Assembly (NCBI RefSeq): GCF_039543525.1
Contig: NZ_BAABJX010000017.1
Location: 117,047 to 181,046, forward strand
DNA: 64,000 nucleotides
Source: Algivirga pacifica
GTDB taxonomy: Bacteria > Bacteroidota > Bacteroidia > Cytophagales > Flammeovirgaceae
Direction: 5' to 3'
Shown: positions 48,422-59,117 of the stretch, in pieces
Layout of the letters: every line of letters begins with the position of its first letter
How positions within the stretch are numbered: position 1 is the stretch's first letter
Position numbers and translations under genes: made by a program
The notes under the pieces: generated by a model
Told to the model about the DNA's origin: nothing
Seen by the model: only the letters and a program-made list of their open reading frames with translations
Databases searched by the model: none

Positions 48422-48523
48422 TGCTCACTGCTCACTGCTCACTGCTCACTGCTCACTGCTCACTGCTCACTGCTCACTGCTCACTGCTCACTGCTCACTG
48501 CTCACTGCTCACTGCTCACTGCT
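48422..48523. repeat. Heptanucleotide tandem repeat (CTCACTG)n, ~14.5 copies
   Basis: Perfect 7-nt periodicity across 102 nt; begins ~45 nt upstream of ATG of 47372..48376 and overlaps last 7 codons/stop of 48502..49356. Confidence 0.9.
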
Positions 48524-49356
48524 GAGTAAAGTTCCGTTTCTATTTTTATCTTATAATTATTTTTCATTTGCTCATACATCGCTTCACGGTTTTGTTGAGC
48601 CCGATTATACTCATAGTCTCTTTGCAAGACTTTTTTGACTTGCTCAAAGGGAAGGTCTTTTGGAGGCGTTTTTTGGGTAAGATAGAGGATATGTGTTCCA
48701 TAGGCAGATTGTACTGGTCCATACCACTGTTCCGTAGGCAGTTTTGAAAGTGCTTGATGAAGCGATCCTCCGAAAGTATTCTCGACCTGTTGTTTATTTT
48801 GTTCTTGAATAAAGAAAGGAAGCGCACGCAGACTGCCATAGGCATGCAGAACTTCAGGAGAAGCATCTGGCATATTACGCAATAGGCGTTTTGCTTCTCG
48901 CATAGGCTCTTTGTACCGATCTTCGGAGAAAACCACTTGATAAAAGCTATAGGTTTCAGGACTTTGATAGCTGCTTTGGTTTGAGGTATAATACCCTTTC
49001 AAGGTTTCATCCGTTACTGGATCGGATAAAGTAGTAAGGTCATCAGATAGGAATTCCATTTTTTGAGCCAATCGGCTTTTGATCATCTCATCATTATGGT
49101 CCAGGTTCATCCGCAAAGCTTCCCTGTAAAGGATTTCCTGTCGAATATATTTTTGAACGATGCCATTGAGTTCTTCTTGAGTAGGAGGACGTTGCCATTT
49201 GAGTTGCCACAAAGAAATCAGATGGTTGAGGTGATTGTCGTCAATCACGATTTGCTTCTCTTCAGTATGCGTTTCTTGTGTTCTATCATAAACGAAAAAT
49301 AATACTGCCCCTATAAGTAAGAAGTGGAATAGGGGTTCTTTCATCAGTTTTATCAT
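48502..49356 (-). CDS. Periplasmic parvulin-like peptidyl-prolyl isomerase (PpiC/SurA-type)
   Basis: Signal/TM anchor; C-terminal rotamase-like segment SAYGTHILYLTQK (cf. GYHII motif). Confidence 0.45.
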   Translation of the reverse strand: MIKLMKEPLFHFLLIGAVLFFVYDRTQETHTEEKQIVIDDNHLNHLISLWQLKWQRPPTQEELNGIVQKYIRQEILYREALRMNLDHNDEMIKSRLAQKMEFLSDDLTTLSDPVTDETLKGYYTSNQSSYQSPETYSFYQVVFSEDRYKEPMREAKRLLRNMPDASPEVLHAYGSLRALPFFIQEQNKQQVENTFGGSLHQALSKLPTEQWYGPVQSAYGTHILYLTQKTPPKDLPFEQVKKVLQRDYEYNRAQQNREAMYEQMKNNYKIKIETELYSAVSSEQ

Positions 49357-49424
49357 AAGTAGAAGTCTTTGGGTTGGATGCTGCTTGCTAATTCACGATA
49401 ATTTATTTGTTCATATTGTTTAAT

Positions 49425-49560
49425 TACACTTCGTGTGTTCATGTTGTTTAGTTGAGTTGAATAGAGCTCTGATAAGATCATTTTTCAACTAAACAACATG
49501 AACGAGCGAAGCTCAACTAAACAATATGAACAAAAGTGCTCAACCTATTGAAGGTGAAAT
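49425..49560. repeat. Diverged member of the GTTGAA-arm repeat family
   Basis: Inverted repeats GTTCATGTTGTTTAGTTGAG / CTCAACTAAACAA(C/T)ATGAAC; shares AACGAGCGAAGCTCAA and GAAGGTGAAATTC with copies at 59118 and 38299. Confidence 0.45.
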
Positions 49561-49593
49561 TCGAGATGCCGCATAACGGATTCCATACCACTA

Positions 49594-51513
49594 TCAAGGG
49601 GTATACCAGATTGGGCTACTATAAGCACGTTCCTGCCCGCTAGTTTCAGCTTCTTTCGGTAAGTCTATACCATAACGAAAGGCATCATAGACAATCCATC
49701 GAGGAGTAGGAATTTCCAGCACCCTTACGTAGTAGAAAGCTTTAAGGGATGGATCAAAGTCAGGGTCTTTCCATACCGTGGCTAGTTCAGAAGCACCGAT
49801 AGTGTTGGTCCAGGTGGCACTTTTGAGGTCAACGGTATTACCTACAGCAGGAAGCTTTCCTTTTTTATCGGGTTTGCGGTCGCCAGACCATACCACATCA
49901 TAGACTTTTTCCTGTGTATTTCCTTGCTTGTCTACCCACCCTTTAATGACTTGAATACGGTCCAGGTTAGCACCTATAGGGTCCTTAAGGGCATAGATCA
50001 TAAAGGTCGGACTTCCTTTCTGACCCTTAGAACGTAGGTCCCCTCCCATAGGAACACCTTTTTGGTAGCCAGCAAAGGCAGGGTTACGGCTATTGATATC
50101 ATTTTCGTTAAAGTCCCATCCTCCAAAGAAACGAAGGATCATTCTTGGACCTGTCGTGGCATATACCTCTTTGCGGGCAAGGGCATCCCAGATCGCTTCC
50201 CGGGTATTTTCTTTGGCCCATACGCCGGTATAGCCGGAAGATACGAGTTCATACCCCTCGTAAACCCCTATATCGGTTTTGACAAAAGGATGGTGCATAC
50301 GTTTAGGAGAAGGTTCTGCACTGGTAGCCTTTCCAAAGAAGTTGTCTTCTTCTGCTGTTGATAGGGAGGTATGACTATCGGTGGAGCCCACCGATCCAAA
50401 TTTATAAGGATTCACGCCAAGCTTTTTCTCCAACAGCAAACCATTCTTCAAGGCTTCTCTTGCGTATTCTCCAGCAAGCATCTCCTCTGTTTTCTTCTGG
50501 GTTAAATCCAGGTTGCCGACATCCCAGGTTTCATAATCTGCAAACTCATCAGCAGGCGATAGAATAGGGTGGGTTTCTCCATCCCCCTTGATCTGCGTCC
50601 ACTCATATAGAGGCTCCCATTTTGCTCTTAAGCGAACATAATTTTCATCGATTTTCTTTCCGGTATATTGCTCGTCCATGGGAAACATGAGACCATTAGA
50701 AAGGTTTCCGTTATGTGCAATAGCAAAAGCAGAGCCCCCCGTTGTTTTCTCATAGTTCTCTAGCCAGGCATAAAGGTCTAAGGGATCTGTAGAACCTACA
50801 GGAGGTTGCGTGACCATAGGCATCACCTGTTTAGCACGTTCCGCTCCATCCCGAAGCAATACGTTACGGTGAAGGTTATTTCCTTTGACCAGAGAAGTCC
50901 ACTCAAAACCAATAATCGTGGTGAATTTTCCAGGGTCGTTAAATTCCTCAGCCGTTTTGATCACCCGATTCCAGACAGAGGCATAGACCTTGGAGCCAGG
51001 AGAGTATTCCTTGACTAGTCCTTCTGGTAAGGTTCCTTGGGAGAAATTAGTAATTAGGTCAATGGCGGCATCGGCGGCATTATCTCCTCCCGCTTGCAGT
51101 CCCTCATACCATTTTTTTCCTTCTGGATAGGCCAATACATTGGAGGCTCCTTTAGCAATATCTTCCGAAAATCCCATCATATCGGAGTGATCTGCAATCA
51201 CAAGCCAATCCAAAGGTCTGGATAATCGAACGGGTTGATTGGTAGAGGCAACCACCTCTTCCCCTCTGGCAAATCGGAATGCTTCCGCTAGTCCCAAGGT
51301 ATTGCCAAAGAGTCCGGCATCGGCAGATAGACGGGTATGCAGGTGGGTGTCTCCCCAATAAACTTTGTCAGAGAAGTTACGGGAAGCATAAGGGGAGTAG
51401 GATTTTCCCGGATACATGCCGGACAAAGACTCCTTGCTCGGAGTGATTTGTGCGTTTAATGGAAGTATACACCCTAAGAGGAATATACTTAACAGCGATA
51501 AGGGTTTGTTCAT
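49594..51513 (-). CDS. DUF3604 family secreted protein
   Basis: Signal peptide then [17 protein letters not shown], the hallmark N-terminal metal-binding motif of DUF3604. Confidence 0.75.
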   Translation of the reverse strand: MNKPLSLLSIFLLGCILPLNAQITPSKESLSGMYPGKSYSPYASRNFSDKVYWGDTHLHTRLSADAGLFGNTLGLAEAFRFARGEEVVASTNQPVRLSRPLDWLVIADHSDMMGFSEDIAKGASNVLAYPEGKKWYEGLQAGGDNAADAAIDLITNFSQGTLPEGLVKEYSPGSKVYASVWNRVIKTAEEFNDPGKFTTIIGFEWTSLVKGNNLHRNVLLRDGAERAKQVMPMVTQPPVGSTDPLDLYAWLENYEKTTGGSAFAIAHNGNLSNGLMFPMDEQYTGKKIDENYVRLRAKWEPLYEWTQIKGDGETHPILSPADEFADYETWDVGNLDLTQKKTEEMLAGEYAREALKNGLLLEKKLGVNPYKFGSVGSTDSHTSLSTAEEDNFFGKATSAEPSPKRMHHPFVKTDIGVYEGYELVSSGYTGVWAKENTREAIWDALARKEVYATTGPRMILRFFGGWDFNENDINSRNPAFAGYQKGVPMGGDLRSKGQKGSPTFMIYALKDPIGANLDRIQVIKGWVDKQGNTQEKVYDVVWSGDRKPDKKGKLPAVGNTVDLKSATWTNTIGASELATVWKDPDFDPSLKAFYYVRVLEIPTPRWIVYDAFRYGIDLPKEAETSGQERAYSSPIWYTP

Positions 51514-51753
51514 GGTAATGGTAAGGATAATAAGCTAAACTTGGGTTTATTAGAGTAATCTCCACAATGTCATGTAATTATCCAAAAAATAATAATCAAA
51601 AAACTCGTAGAGACACCTTATCAAGGTGCCTTTATTGGATACAGGAGACTCTAGAGTAAAATCAACCATTATTTTGTGAGTGGGTATTGTCAATAATCAA
51701 TATTTAATTGTCTTTAGAAAATAATAACCACCTCATCTAAAACTATCAACATT

Positions 51754-52395
51754 ATGCGATTCATTGCTATCGTAACGCTTTTTTTACTATTCTTCTCTTC
51801 CAAGGCACTACCACTGAATGCTCAGCAGACATCAGCATTGGATAAACGCTCCCAACCTGTATTTGGATTACTGGCAGGGAGCAGTTATTCTCATATACGA
51901 TATGAAATAGATTTGAGAAACATTATGCCTTCTACAGGCTATTATGTTGGACTTTCCTTGACAACTTATCCGTTTAAAAAATTAAATAGACTTACGTTAC
52001 TTGGTGAGTTAGGAGTGGTTCGAAAAGGTTATAAACAGGAGCTAGGGCAGCGTTATGATTTTAATTTTAACTATCTGACACTACCAATATTATTGGAGTA
52101 TGACTTGATAAAAAGTATATCGCTACAAGGAGGAGTAGCAGGAAATAAGTTGATTTCGACCAGTGTAGAACAGGGTACTTTAACCTATAATAATTACGAC
52201 CTAGACCTTATTGGAGGAGTCAACTTTTTTAAGAATAGGAAGATCAATGTATTTACACGAGTAGTTTATGGGGTATATTCTGTTCTTGATTACTATGAGA
52301 TTGACCCTCTCGGTAACTTTACTTCCGAAATTCGTGATATTAAACACTTTAACATTATTGCTGGCCTAAAACTCAATTTCAATGATAATCAATAG
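51754..52395 (+). CDS. Outer-membrane beta-barrel protein (OmpA-like/OMP_b-brl family)
   Basis: Signal peptide, ~8 amphipathic beta-strands, 213 aa. Confidence 0.45.
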   Translation: MRFIAIVTLFLLFFSSKALPLNAQQTSALDKRSQPVFGLLAGSSYSHIRYEIDLRNIMPSTGYYVGLSLTTYPFKKLNRLTLLGELGVVRKGYKQELGQRYDFNFNYLTLPILLEYDLIKSISLQGGVAGNKLISTSVEQGTLTYNNYDLDLIGGVNFFKNRKINVFTRVVYGVYSVLDYYEIDPLGNFTSEIRDIKHFNIIAGLKLNFNDNQ

Positions 52396-53011
52396 ACTCT
52401 TAATCGTGTTCATGATGATTTTACTATTGGCTTGCGATGGAACATTTGTTCCAGACCCAATAGACCCACGCTTACCTAAATATTCTGAAAGTGGAAATGA
52501 AACTGCCGGGGCGATGGTCAATGGTAAGGTGTGGGGATCTACGGTGACCAGGTTCTTGTGGATAGAATCTTTTGAGCCAATAGTAGTAGCAGATCCTTTA
52601 AGGGATAGCCTGTTTATTGAGTTTATAGGCTATATCGAAGAAGAGCAAACAACCATTCGTTTTCACTTATCAGAACAAGGAATTACGAAGTTTGATGATC
52701 TTGAAAATCTAAAGGGACAAAAAATTACCTTAGACGGACAGGATAATACCGCTCTTATAGGAACACGTTATTATTCTCGAAATGCTACCCCAAGAGGTGT
52801 GGGGCAAATTTTCTTTAGGTTTACAGATCTAGACTCTACCCGTTTGATCTTATCTGGAACCTTCGGGTTTACCACTACCAATGCATCAGGAAGTACAACA
52901 GAGGTATCTCATGGTCGCTTTGATTATAGAATCAACAAAGACAGACAGTTCTATCTGGATACGTCCTATGTTAATACGCCAGATTGGAACCCTGTTCGCA
53001 TAGATATTTGA
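52382..53011 (+). CDS. Hypothetical lipoprotein
   Basis: Lipobox LLAC; overlaps upstream gene; no recognised domain. Confidence 0.4.
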   Translation: MIINRLLIVFMMILLLACDGTFVPDPIDPRLPKYSESGNETAGAMVNGKVWGSTVTRFLWIESFEPIVVADPLRDSLFIEFIGYIEEEQTTIRFHLSEQGITKFDDLENLKGQKITLDGQDNTALIGTRYYSRNATPRGVGQIFFRFTDLDSTRLILSGTFGFTTTNASGSTTEVSHGRFDYRINKDRQFYLDTSYVNTPDWNPVRIDI

Positions 53012-53113
53012 ATATAGGAGGGTAGTAATACACGAGCGATCATTTCTCATTACAAAACGCTCTTTTTGACTCTTTATTAGAAAATAAGCATCAAAACCCA
53101 ACCTTAATTTCTA

Positions 53114-55165
53114 ATGAAGAGCACTTTTAAAATTCTTACCTTTTTTCTATTATTTTTCTCTGTTACACAAGCTTTTGCACAAACAAAATGGTTATACGAC
53201 GGTGCTTTTCGTACCAAGGAAGAACGTCTTTTGGCAATGGGTCTTGCGGGTATTGTCAACCGGGATTCCTCCCAACTTTATCTTCAGAATGTCAACGAGA
53301 CCTGGAGCTATACCCGAACGGATGAAGAGTGGGCAAAGCTATATGCGGCAGATGGTATTGAGTTTATCACAACAAATGATATTAATGCATTAGTGATTGC
53401 ATTTAAGGAGCAGCTCAATGGAGTGATTACCTATGACTCCTTGCAGGTTGCCTCTAATTTTGAGGGGCAGCAATTTCTGTGGCAAGGAGAGTTTGCAGGG
53501 ATGCTTGGAGGATTGACAGACCGGCTTCCAATGACAAAGGAAAGAGCCTTAGCCCTTGATTTTATCCTGACGGATTCTGTAGAAGTAACAGACTATCGTC
53601 AGTCCCTCGCTACTATACAATTTCCTGCCCGTTTGGAACTTGAAGCACATGACTGGAACAATACCTCCCTCACGTCCATGGAGCGTTATATTTTGCTTTT
53701 GCAAGATGGTGTGAATAGTTTACTGCCACGGAGTAATCCTAAGAAATTCTATATACGAGAGTTAACCGATTATACGGTCAAAGAGCAAATGTTTCAGGTG
53801 AATCTTGGAGGAACTTCGTCACTATACTTCGATAGCTTACCAGAAGAGAAGGCAACGATTATTGAGGATATTCTAAGGTATATGAGGCAGGAGAATAAAG
53901 GGCAGATCTTTCATATCTATGGATGGATGCGACCAGAACCTTTGATCCAGTGGTTTTCCGCTTATGGAGGGAGTTTTCATGAGACATTATTATCCAATAT
54001 GTCCTGGCATACTTCTTATAAGGTAGATCAACCGCTTCCTGAACGAAAAGCCAATCAGTTCGACCGCGATTCGCTGTATCTGGAAGAGAAGCATTATGTA
54101 CTGATGATTGGTTCGGAAGGAGATGCCGGAAACTGGACCTATGGGTTGCAGGCTGGTGCATGGCTGTCACAGGAAAGAGGAAATGTACCTATTGGCTGGG
54201 GCTTCAACCTACATTTATTACAGCAAGCACCTTTTATCGCCCACCATTACCTTTCTTCTGCTACGGAGCAAGATGGCTTTTTGGCGGTGACTACACCTCT
54301 TGGGTATACTTATCCCGATCTTTTTCCAGAAGAAGTACTGGATAATGCCATTCTCGAAAGCAAAGCCTTGATGGATACCTTTGATATAGCACAGCTCTAT
54401 GCCTATAAGCACTACAATGGCAAAGGAGTCTCTGACTACCGCAACATTACGATTGACAATAGCTTTAACTTTAATAAACTTGGGGCTTTCAATAAGGCCA
54501 TAGGTTCAGAGCTTACGTTCCTTTTTGATCCAAAGCTGCCTACCCAAACCACTACGATCAGAGAAGAACACCTACTCTTCAACCATGTGGATGATGGGAC
54601 TTTCTATGGGGATATGAATAATACCTATACGGTGGCTGATGATATCATCGATAGGGTTGCTAAGAAAACGAAACCTTCGTTTACCCTAGTTGGTTATCAA
54701 CGTCTCCGAAAAGATAATTACCTAAACAGAACAGCCCCTGAGAATGTGGATATCTCCCTAAAACGCCTTAAGAAAATCATCAACCTAGTAGAAGAAGATG
54801 AAGCGTATGGAAAAGAAATTATCTTTGTAACTCCTGAGAAATTTGCCAACCTTCTTCAGCAAAGCAAGGGCATTATTCCTCCCAACTATAAAGAATCTCC
54901 TGTTCCCGTCCATGTACAAACTCCTGAAGTTGCCTTTTCTGTTTATCCCAATCCAGCCAAGGAGTATATTATGGTGAAGGGCGAATTTATGGAAAAGAAT
55001 GCGACCATAGAGGTGATGAATATCTATGGGAAACAACTCTTAAAGCAGGGGCTTCAGGGAAATAAATCGTTGAGAATAAATACGTCGGATTGGCCTAAAG
55101 GAACGTACTTGCTGCGTTATCAAAACGGGCAGCGCTATGGGGTTAAGAAAGTGATTGTTGTTTAA
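53114..55165 (+). CDS. GxGYxYP-family putative glycoside hydrolase with T9SS C-terminal sorting domain
   Basis: Signal peptide; internal TPLGYTYPD motif; C-terminal ~80 aa (VYPNPAKEYIMVKG…YLLRYQNGQRYGVKKVIVV) typical T9SS CTD. Confidence 0.5.
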   Translation: MKSTFKILTFFLLFFSVTQAFAQTKWLYDGAFRTKEERLLAMGLAGIVNRDSSQLYLQNVNETWSYTRTDEEWAKLYAADGIEFITTNDINALVIAFKEQLNGVITYDSLQVASNFEGQQFLWQGEFAGMLGGLTDRLPMTKERALALDFILTDSVEVTDYRQSLATIQFPARLELEAHDWNNTSLTSMERYILLLQDGVNSLLPRSNPKKFYIRELTDYTVKEQMFQVNLGGTSSLYFDSLPEEKATIIEDILRYMRQENKGQIFHIYGWMRPEPLIQWFSAYGGSFHETLLSNMSWHTSYKVDQPLPERKANQFDRDSLYLEEKHYVLMIGSEGDAGNWTYGLQAGAWLSQERGNVPIGWGFNLHLLQQAPFIAHHYLSSATEQDGFLAVTTPLGYTYPDLFPEEVLDNAILESKALMDTFDIAQLYAYKHYNGKGVSDYRNITIDNSFNFNKLGAFNKAIGSELTFLFDPKLPTQTTTIREEHLLFNHVDDGTFYGDMNNTYTVADDIIDRVAKKTKPSFTLVGYQRLRKDNYLNRTAPENVDISLKRLKKIINLVEEDEAYGKEIIFVTPEKFANLLQQSKGIIPPNYKESPVPVHVQTPEVAFSVYPNPAKEYIMVKGEFMEKNATIEVMNIYGKQLLKQGLQGNKSLRINTSDWPKGTYLLRYQNGQRYGVKKVIVV

Positions 55166-55255
55166 TTATGTGGCCTATTTATAAAAATCCATACGGAGGT
55201 AATATCATTTCCTTTGCGGAGGAGCGGTGCTTTCGGATGCTTTTAAGTAATTAAC

Positions 55256-55536
55256 GTTGAATAAATAATCGTCATAAATTCTTTTCCCAACTCCGCCTAG
55301 GACTAATTAAGTTTGAATATTTAAGCGTCATAAATGTTTCCCTCAACTCCGCCTAGGGCTAAAGCCCCAGGCTCTTTTAGAATTGCCACGTTGTGGCGAT
55401 CTATAACCAACGTATATTATTTGTTAGACAGAAAAACAGTAGTATAGATCACCGCATAGCGGTATTTCAAACAGAGACTGGGGTTTCAACCCTAGGCGGG
55501 GATGGAGATAACTATTGTGTCGGTTATTTATTCAAC
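55256..55536. mobile_element. MITE-like element, second subfamily (same TIRs, different body; duplicated 5' end)
   Basis: Left TIRs GTTGAATAAATAATCGTCATAAAT (55256) and GTTTGAATATTTAAGCGTCATAAATG (55311); right end GTGTCGGTTATTTATTCAAC (55517-55536, identical 18-mer at 59321); subterminal inverted repeats CCGCCTAGGGCTAAAGCCCC / GGGGTTTCAACCCTAGGCGG. Confidence 0.55.
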
Positions 55537-55752
55537 CTTAATCAACCCGTCACTATACGAAACACAACGATTTTTCATTCAATTTATCACCAACCTTATT
55601 TTTCCACTTATACCATCCGAGCGTGGACGCTCGGCGAAAGCGCTTTTAGGTCTTAGGCAGGAGCCTAAGACCAGTGCAACTTGTTTATCCAAAATCACCC
55701 TCAACGCTTCAAGCAGCACATCATTGAAAATTGATAATAAAAAAAATGAAAA

Positions 55753-57207
55753 TTAATTCTTCCAAAAGACCTTCCGCCTAGTAAAGAATACAGTCAATAG
55801 CCCTACGACGATCGTGATGATCGCTCCCTTAAGTATTCCTAACCAAGGATGCCATTCCTGTAGCTGGTGAAGGAATGGAGTAATATGGAGCAAAGAGAAA
55901 ATAGGAATAATACAGAGCGCAGCCCCTACATAGGCAATCATAGGATTTTGGCCGTTCATCACGACAAACGAGAAGACGGGATGTTGTCCTATTTTCTGAT
56001 CGAGCATAGATAGAATAATATAGGTGAAAATAGCGAGTCCGCTGCTTACAAAATAGTAACTGATGGTGGCATGATCTTTATGAATCCCCCCTTCGTAAGC
56101 CTCAAAGAATAAGCCCAATAATAGCCAGTAGCTTCCCCATTGGAATAGTTGTAAGTATAGAGGCTTATCGTGTTCTTTTGGAGTACGAATGAGCCAGTAA
56201 GCAGCGAGTAGGAGTGTTGCCGTTCCTAAAAAGTTTAGGTTGAGCCAACGCATATATAGTCCCACTAGATTCAAGACAATAATACTGAACAGTATAGAAC
56301 CAAACAGCACCTTTTGAGTAGTGGTCTGCTCTTGAGAAAAGGTAATCCCATTTCCTTTCAGGTTTTTATAGACCATATCCCCTAGAATCGTTCCCGGAAT
56401 AATGATTAATAGGTATTGGCAGAAATACAGCGTATACAACCAAGTGGCAGGAGAGAATCCCCAGGCAACCTGCTGCCAACTTCCCGGAATGTCTTTGCTT
56501 AAGCGGATAGCAATCAGCAGGGCCATAATTCCTAGACGAGCCAGTAGATTATCTTTTGTAAATAACCAGAGAAGACTACCAAATATAGCCATGTTGGCTA
56601 GTACAAGGATGATAATGTCAGAACGCTTGACACTAAACGATAGTCCAAAGTAGAAGTGTGCAAAAGCCAGTAAACTAAAGGCGATACCAAAGCCCATAAC
56701 TCGTATCATAACCTTATAGCGATTGATCGTTTCTTTAAAGGAAGTATAGATCAAAAACAAGGTAATAAAAGCAGTCAGGCTACTAAGCCATCCAATTGCG
56801 TCCGGAGTACTTTGCAGTGCCCAAGGCTTCATATGCTGGAGGAAAATAGCAAAAAATACTAAAGAAGCTCCTCGCTTGAGAATGTACAAAAGGATTATCC
56901 AGAGAGGCTCTCCCTGCCCTAGCTTCTTGCGTAAAGCCAAGGGAAAGGCAGCTCCCATCGCAAACAGGAAAAAAGGAAATACCAGGTCTACCCATGTAAT
57001 CCCGGGGATTTCAGGGTGAAACTTGAAGTCAGGAGGCCCTACCTGAGCATGGAACAGCCATCCAGATAAGGAATCCAGGTGAGCAATATGCCCAGAGAAG
57101 ATCATCGCCAAAATGGCAATACCTCTTAAAGCATCTAATCCCATCGATCGCTTTTTGAATGCGGTATGGGTAGGCGAAGTAGCAATGGTTACAGGTTTTT
57201 GTTGCAT
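55753..57207 (-). CDS. DUF1624/HGSNAT-like integral membrane acyltransferase
   Basis: 484 aa, ~11 TM; N-terminal LDALRGIAILAMIFSGHI motif typical of heparan-alpha-glucosaminide N-acetyltransferase-like proteins. Confidence 0.55.
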   Translation of the reverse strand: MQQKPVTIATSPTHTAFKKRSMGLDALRGIAILAMIFSGHIAHLDSLSGWLFHAQVGPPDFKFHPEIPGITWVDLVFPFFLFAMGAAFPLALRKKLGQGEPLWIILLYILKRGASLVFFAIFLQHMKPWALQSTPDAIGWLSSLTAFITLFLIYTSFKETINRYKVMIRVMGFGIAFSLLAFAHFYFGLSFSVKRSDIIILVLANMAIFGSLLWLFTKDNLLARLGIMALLIAIRLSKDIPGSWQQVAWGFSPATWLYTLYFCQYLLIIIPGTILGDMVYKNLKGNGITFSQEQTTTQKVLFGSILFSIIVLNLVGLYMRWLNLNFLGTATLLLAAYWLIRTPKEHDKPLYLQLFQWGSYWLLLGLFFEAYEGGIHKDHATISYYFVSSGLAIFTYIILSMLDQKIGQHPVFSFVVMNGQNPMIAYVGAALCIIPIFSLLHITPFLHQLQEWHPWLGILKGAIITIVVGLLTVFFTRRKVFWKN

Positions 57208-57322
57208 GTATACGTTAGTTTATCAGTTATAGTTTATCACTTATCGGTTATAGCTTTACTTGGATACGTTTAAAGAAAAAAAAGAAACGATAAGCAATAA
57301 CCGATAAGCGATAAACATACGT

Positions 57323-59080
57323 TTATTCCATCAAATCCCAATGTGCAGGCTTATCTTTATACTGACTGTCCCACCACATGGGCTGCATCATCGTGTTTCC
57401 TCCAATTCGTTCACTGGCAGCTTCTACGCTTTCCTGATTATAACGAAACTCATCGATGATATACATCCATCGTCTAGGAAGCACGCCTTCTGTGTCTCCA
57501 GTGCTGTTGATCTGGAATAATTGAGGATATCCTGTTCTTCTCCACTCTGCCCAGGCTTCAAAACCGTTAGAGTAATTGGCAATCCATTTCTGCGTAATCA
57601 CTTGCGCGATTTGCTCTTCCGTGCTGCCAGTGCTTTTAAAGGCTGCAGGGCCGTTAAGGTACGCTTCATATCGATTAGTATCATCTTCCGTTAGTTCTGG
57701 AATAGCATACATATCCATGGAAGCCCGAACACCTTTTTCGTATTCTACGGAAGCTGTTACGGCATCATTTTGAAAGCGCAAGGCGGCTTCTGCCTTAAGG
57801 AAACATACCTCTGGATAAGTAATTAAATAAATCTTGAAGTCATCTTGTCTTAAGTACTCTCCCAGCTCAGAGTAATCATTGAGTTGATCCTGCATTTGCG
57901 ATAGGGTAGAAGGACTTTGTCCATTACGAACGCCCTTATAACGTTTTTGATCAGCAAGGCTAATTCCCTGTTCACCAAGAAAGCTTTCTACTTGATCCAT
58001 ATACCCATAAGGCTTTTCAAATAAGGATACCCTTGTTTGTGTTGCAGCCTTTGCTTCCGCATGAAACTGCTGTTCCTCAGGAGAAAGAGCATCGCTATTG
58101 ATTTGCGCTAAGGTAGTATTAAGTCCCTTAAGGTAATCTAACCTTGGAGCAGCATATCGTTCTATACGAGGGTCATTTAAAGTCTCCAGGTAATGAACTG
58201 CTGTTTCTGAGACTCTATACCATCTTGGGAACTGATTAGCATTGACTTTTAGAGGATTCATATGCTGGAAGCCAGCGGGTCCGGCAGGGTCAGTAAGCAA
58301 ACCCACATTATCAAGGTTGCTCTCCATCACACCTCCTGTAGCTGATAAGGCCTTATTGAACTCTTCTTCTGCTTTGGCAGGAGCAACAAGGGAAATGCGC
58401 ATAGCCATACGCAAGCGAAGAGAATTGGCAAAGCGTTGCCATTTCAATAAGTCGTCATTTAATAGAAGGTCATTCCCCCCCATACGTGCTCCTCCTTCTG
58501 CTGAACTCAGCAACTGTACTGCTTCATCTAGTTCCAAAAATAATGCCGTGTAAACAGCTTCTTGCTCGTCGTATCTTGGGGTAAGGATAGGGTTTTCGGC
58601 ATCGTCCGCTGAGAAGGCTTCCGAGTAAGGAATATCACCAAAAGTATCTGTTAGCCTTAGAAACCATAAGGCACGAAGGATCTTAGCCTGTCCTTCTTGA
58701 TAGTCCAACTCCTTTTCGTGCGCTTTTTTCATCGCATGATCTGCCAATCCTAGAAACCCCCTATAGGACTGTGCATAAGCTCTCGACCATAACGTCGCGT
58801 TCCATGGGTCACTATGGAAATAAGCATCTGTAATATGTCCCGGGTTGGTATTAGTGAAATATTGGGACAAAAAAGAAGCATAATGCTGTGTATAATAATA
58901 AGTGGTATAGTCTCCAACACCTTTGACCATCGCACGGCTAAGTAAGTACTTAGGTTCTATATCTGTAGTAGCATTGGGATTGCTATTGAGTTCATCAAAA
59001 TGATCGGTACAACCATTCAGCCCTAAGACTGATGCTATAGTCAGTAAACCAATACTAATTGTATGTTTTATTGTATTCAT
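57323..59080 (-). CDS. SusD/RagB-family outer-membrane nutrient-binding lipoprotein
   Basis: Lipobox LNGC; 585 aa; TPR-like SusD composition; immediately downstream of SusC-like gene. Confidence 0.8.
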   Translation of the reverse strand: MNTIKHTISIGLLTIASVLGLNGCTDHFDELNSNPNATTDIEPKYLLSRAMVKGVGDYTTYYYTQHYASFLSQYFTNTNPGHITDAYFHSDPWNATLWSRAYAQSYRGFLGLADHAMKKAHEKELDYQEGQAKILRALWFLRLTDTFGDIPYSEAFSADDAENPILTPRYDEQEAVYTALFLELDEAVQLLSSAEGGARMGGNDLLLNDDLLKWQRFANSLRLRMAMRISLVAPAKAEEEFNKALSATGGVMESNLDNVGLLTDPAGPAGFQHMNPLKVNANQFPRWYRVSETAVHYLETLNDPRIERYAAPRLDYLKGLNTTLAQINSDALSPEEQQFHAEAKAATQTRVSLFEKPYGYMDQVESFLGEQGISLADQKRYKGVRNGQSPSTLSQMQDQLNDYSELGEYLRQDDFKIYLITYPEVCFLKAEAALRFQNDAVTASVEYEKGVRASMDMYAIPELTEDDTNRYEAYLNGPAAFKSTGSTEEQIAQVITQKWIANYSNGFEAWAEWRRTGYPQLFQINSTGDTEGVLPRRWMYIIDEFRYNQESVEAASERIGGNTMMQPMWWDSQYKDKPAHWDLME

Positions 59081-59117
59081 AGAAGTAGTTGTTCTTATCT
59101 ATCCATCTATTAAGTTT

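Noticed and set aside
48422-48523. Possible CRISPR array (regular short repeats), also considered for 47262..47380
   Set aside because: The 7-nt units are contiguous with no spacers. The 27-29-bp periodic motif has only about 12 conserved bases with unequal, AT-rich spacers and no cas genes; it is better explained as a simple tandem repeat.
48340-48525. 61-aa + strand ORF reading LLTAHCSLLTAHCS…
   Set aside because: Pure translation of the heptanucleotide repeat; not a gene.
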